DNA of 64,000 nt from positions 150,102,001-150,166,000 of the forward strand of contig NC_059426.1 in assembly GCF_021028975.2 (NCBI RefSeq), read 5' to 3'. Source of the stretch: Sphaerodactylus townsendi (lineage: Eukaryota). The notes under the pieces are model-generated. The model saw nothing but the letters and a program-made list of their open reading frames with translations, did not search any database and was not told where the DNA came from. Shown piece by piece: positions 61,587 through 64,000 of this stretch (positions are counted from its first letter, which is position 1; each line of letters starts with the position of its first letter). Position numbers and translations under genes: made by a program.

Positions 61587-62068
61587 AGTTTGAAAAGCAG
61601 TTCTGAACAGAAAGGATTGAAACATGAATTGTCAACTCTGGGCTGAAAGAATTACTTGAGATTTAGGGGTGGCAGGTGGGACCTCAGTGGGATATAATGC
61701 CATTGAATACATACTAAAAAGCAATCATTTTCTCCAGGAAAGCTCATATCTTTAATCTGGAGATTGGTTGCAGTTCCAGGAGATCTACAGCCTCCACACA
61801 GAAGTCACCATCATAACAAAAAGGGGCAGGTGCACCAGAAGATACATTCGAACACCACTCTGCACCAATAGGTTTAGGTCCCAATGGACCAAATAGTCTT
61901 TGTAGCAACTTGCAACAATGTTTTACCATAAGGAACAATTCCAATAATTCTATTCCATAAAGGAGCTATGTGATGAGTCATATATATCTGTATATGAATG
62001 TATCAAGTTGATACAATTGCAAAAAGAATTCATAAAAGCAATTTTTGGGGGGTTAAACAATATTTTAA

Positions 62069-62335
62069 AGGGTGTTGTGGGCTTTCCAGGTTGTATGGCT
62101 GTGTTCCAGTAGCATTTTCTCCCAACATTTCACCTGCATCTGTGGCTGGCATCTTCAGAGGATCTGATGGTAGAATATATACTCCACTTGCTTTACTACC
62201 ATCAGATCCTCTGAGGATGCCAGCCACAGATGGAGGTAAAACTTCAGGAGAAAATGCTACTGGTACACGGCAATACAACCCGGAAAACTCACAATACCCT
62301 AGTGATTCTGGCTGTGAAAGCCTTCAAAATACATT
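62069..62335 (+). mobile_element. Penelope-like element: inverted pseudo-LTR pair with 3' tail and hammerhead motifs
   Basis: Arms 62069-62173 and 62195-62300 are inverted repeats; 35-nt tail; CTGA(A/G)GA..GAAA motifs. Confidence 0.85.
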
Positions 62336-63083
62336 ATTTTATGTTTTGATGATCACATTGTAACTCTTAGTTGATCTGTAAAACAAATACAAAGAATAGA
62401 GTTATTGGAATTGTCCTTTAGACATTATGTTGGATCCTCTTTCGAACACAGAATTCCACCCACACCAGCCCAAGAGTCAGACTGAATTGTACAAGGTCTG
62501 CTCAGCACCAGAGACAGGCCTAACAACTGAATACTCTCTTCTTTCCCAGAGCTAAACCATTCTGCCACACTAGCAGGCAGAGCTACCCTTCACTTGGTCT
62601 GCTTTTTCCCCCTGAGCCAGATCTGAGCTGTCCCTGTTCTCTTCCTGAGGCAGAACTCAACTCCAGTGTTCCCTCCAACATCTCATTCTGGATCCTGGAG
62701 CTCATATTCTGTTCAGGAGCAGGGCAGCCTCCTGTCTGTCATACCCCAAATCCCAGTTTTCATTCCTCAACTCTGCTATTCCACAACACTCAGCCACAGC
62801 TATGATTATTGAAAGGATGCTCAAATGACACATAATTGCCTTTTTATTGTCCATCATTTTTCTTTATATTTCCTAGCCAGTCATTTTCAGGCAATGCCAT
62901 TTTGCTATCCCATCCACTATCTCTAAATCATTATTTCCTATATTGAGTAAATAACTACAATTTATCTAAGGTCCAGTCTTCAGATACATGGCTTATCTGC
63001 TCAGGAGATTGTGGCTTATTCACACTTTCTGAATCCTGATATTAAATATTGGATTTCCCTTTGTCTTGCTGAATTTTGTGCTA

Positions 63084-63250
63084 CACACACACACACACAC
63101 ATTCACACACATGCACACACATATATATTTTATGCATACACACACATACACATAGATAAGTAGATAGATGATAGATGATAGACAGACAGACAGACAGACA
63201 GACAGATAGATTGATATATTGATATCAGCATTGATATATTGATATCAGCA
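63084..63250 (+). repeat. (CA)n, (GATA)n/(GACA)n microsatellites and a 20-bp tandem duplication
   Basis: Seen directly; ttgatatattgatatcagca occurs twice. Confidence 0.92.
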
Positions 63251-63669
63251 TCCTCAACAATTACTTGTGTTTCTTAGAGCTATTTTAACCTTTCTTTTGG
63301 CATGCATGATTCCAATTTCAACATATTGTTTCTTTTTGGCACCAAAATATGTTTTATTTTCACCCACAATTCTATACAATTTCAAGGAGTTGAGATTCTT
63401 CCTATAGATTTTTTTCAGCTCATATTTCCCATACCCTTTCCATTTATTATTTTGAGGTTGGGGGAGGGGGAATATGAGTAGTTTCCTTAATGCCCTGCTA
63501 ATCTTTCATAAGCTATGTATGTGCTGCACTCTTTCTGATCCTGTGTAACATATCAAATTCCTCTCACAAGCAGAATCACACTGAGTGATACAGTGTTCAT
63601 GGCCAGCAATTCGCCTTCCAAACAGGTATATCAAGCATAACCCTGTACAAACCATCATCATCAACTTGA

Positions 63670-64000
63670 TCAAGATCTTGTGGGACTTTTGATTTCAAAT
63701 GGACAAAATGTTGACTCATAACACACTGGGCACTACAGTGATTGAGGAAAAGAAAGTGACCATCATCAACACAGCAAGGTCACTAAATATCATCATTTAA
63801 AGATCAAGATTCAGCAACTATGGCACAAACCAGCTGAGGTTGTCCCAGTAGTAATCGCCCCCCTGTGCATCATTCTGAAAACTTTAGGGCTGCACCTTCA
63901 AATTGACATAATCAACATCTGTCAGATTCAAAAGGTAGCTCTGTTGGGATGTGCACAAATACTACGTTGATACATTACAATATCCTAGGCCTCTGTGTAA
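63670..64000 (+). mobile_element. R4/Dong-clade non-LTR retrotransposon, C-terminal RLE remnant
   Basis: KILWDF..QMDKMLTHNT..TVIEEKKVTII..KYHHLKIKIQQLWHKPAEVVPVVI..ICQIQKVALLG..ILR, matching the recalled R4/Rex6 endonuclease tail. Confidence 0.8.

Noticed and set aside
61053-61625. 190-aa ORF as a host gene
   Set aside because: It is the CR1 ORF2 C-terminus of a truncated LINE.
62428-62788. Possible solo LTR (tgttgga...caaca)
   Set aside because: No TSD at either candidate end.

Overview
Vertebrate genomic DNA with no intact host gene. The repeat content (tRNA-derived Squam-type SINEs, SPIN/hAT MITEs, CR1, L2, Penelope-like elements, R4/Dong) points to a squamate reptile, probably a gecko; this is an inference from repeats alone. 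The window is mostly nested transposon relics: many hAT MITEs with 8-bp TSDs, PIF/Harbinger-like MITEs with 3-bp TSDs including a ~1.9-kb foldback, more than 10 SINE copies of several head/tail types, L2/CR1/R4 LINE fragments, a solo LTR, a deleted class-I-like ERV (LTR-PBS-pol) and palindromic Penelope-like elements carrying hammerhead-ribozyme cores. The only recognisable host-derived coding sequence is an intronless, frameshifted internal fragment of EXOC6 (Sec15) on the minus strand (~38109-38730). It has an expanded poly-Glu microsatellite, and its 3' end joins a Penelope-like element terminus rather than a poly(A) tail. There is a 141-N assembly gap. Most listed ORFs are spurious or TE-derived. 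All family names come from recalled consensus motifs, not database searches. I found no convincing new multi-gene system; the best leads concern mobile-element mechanisms.
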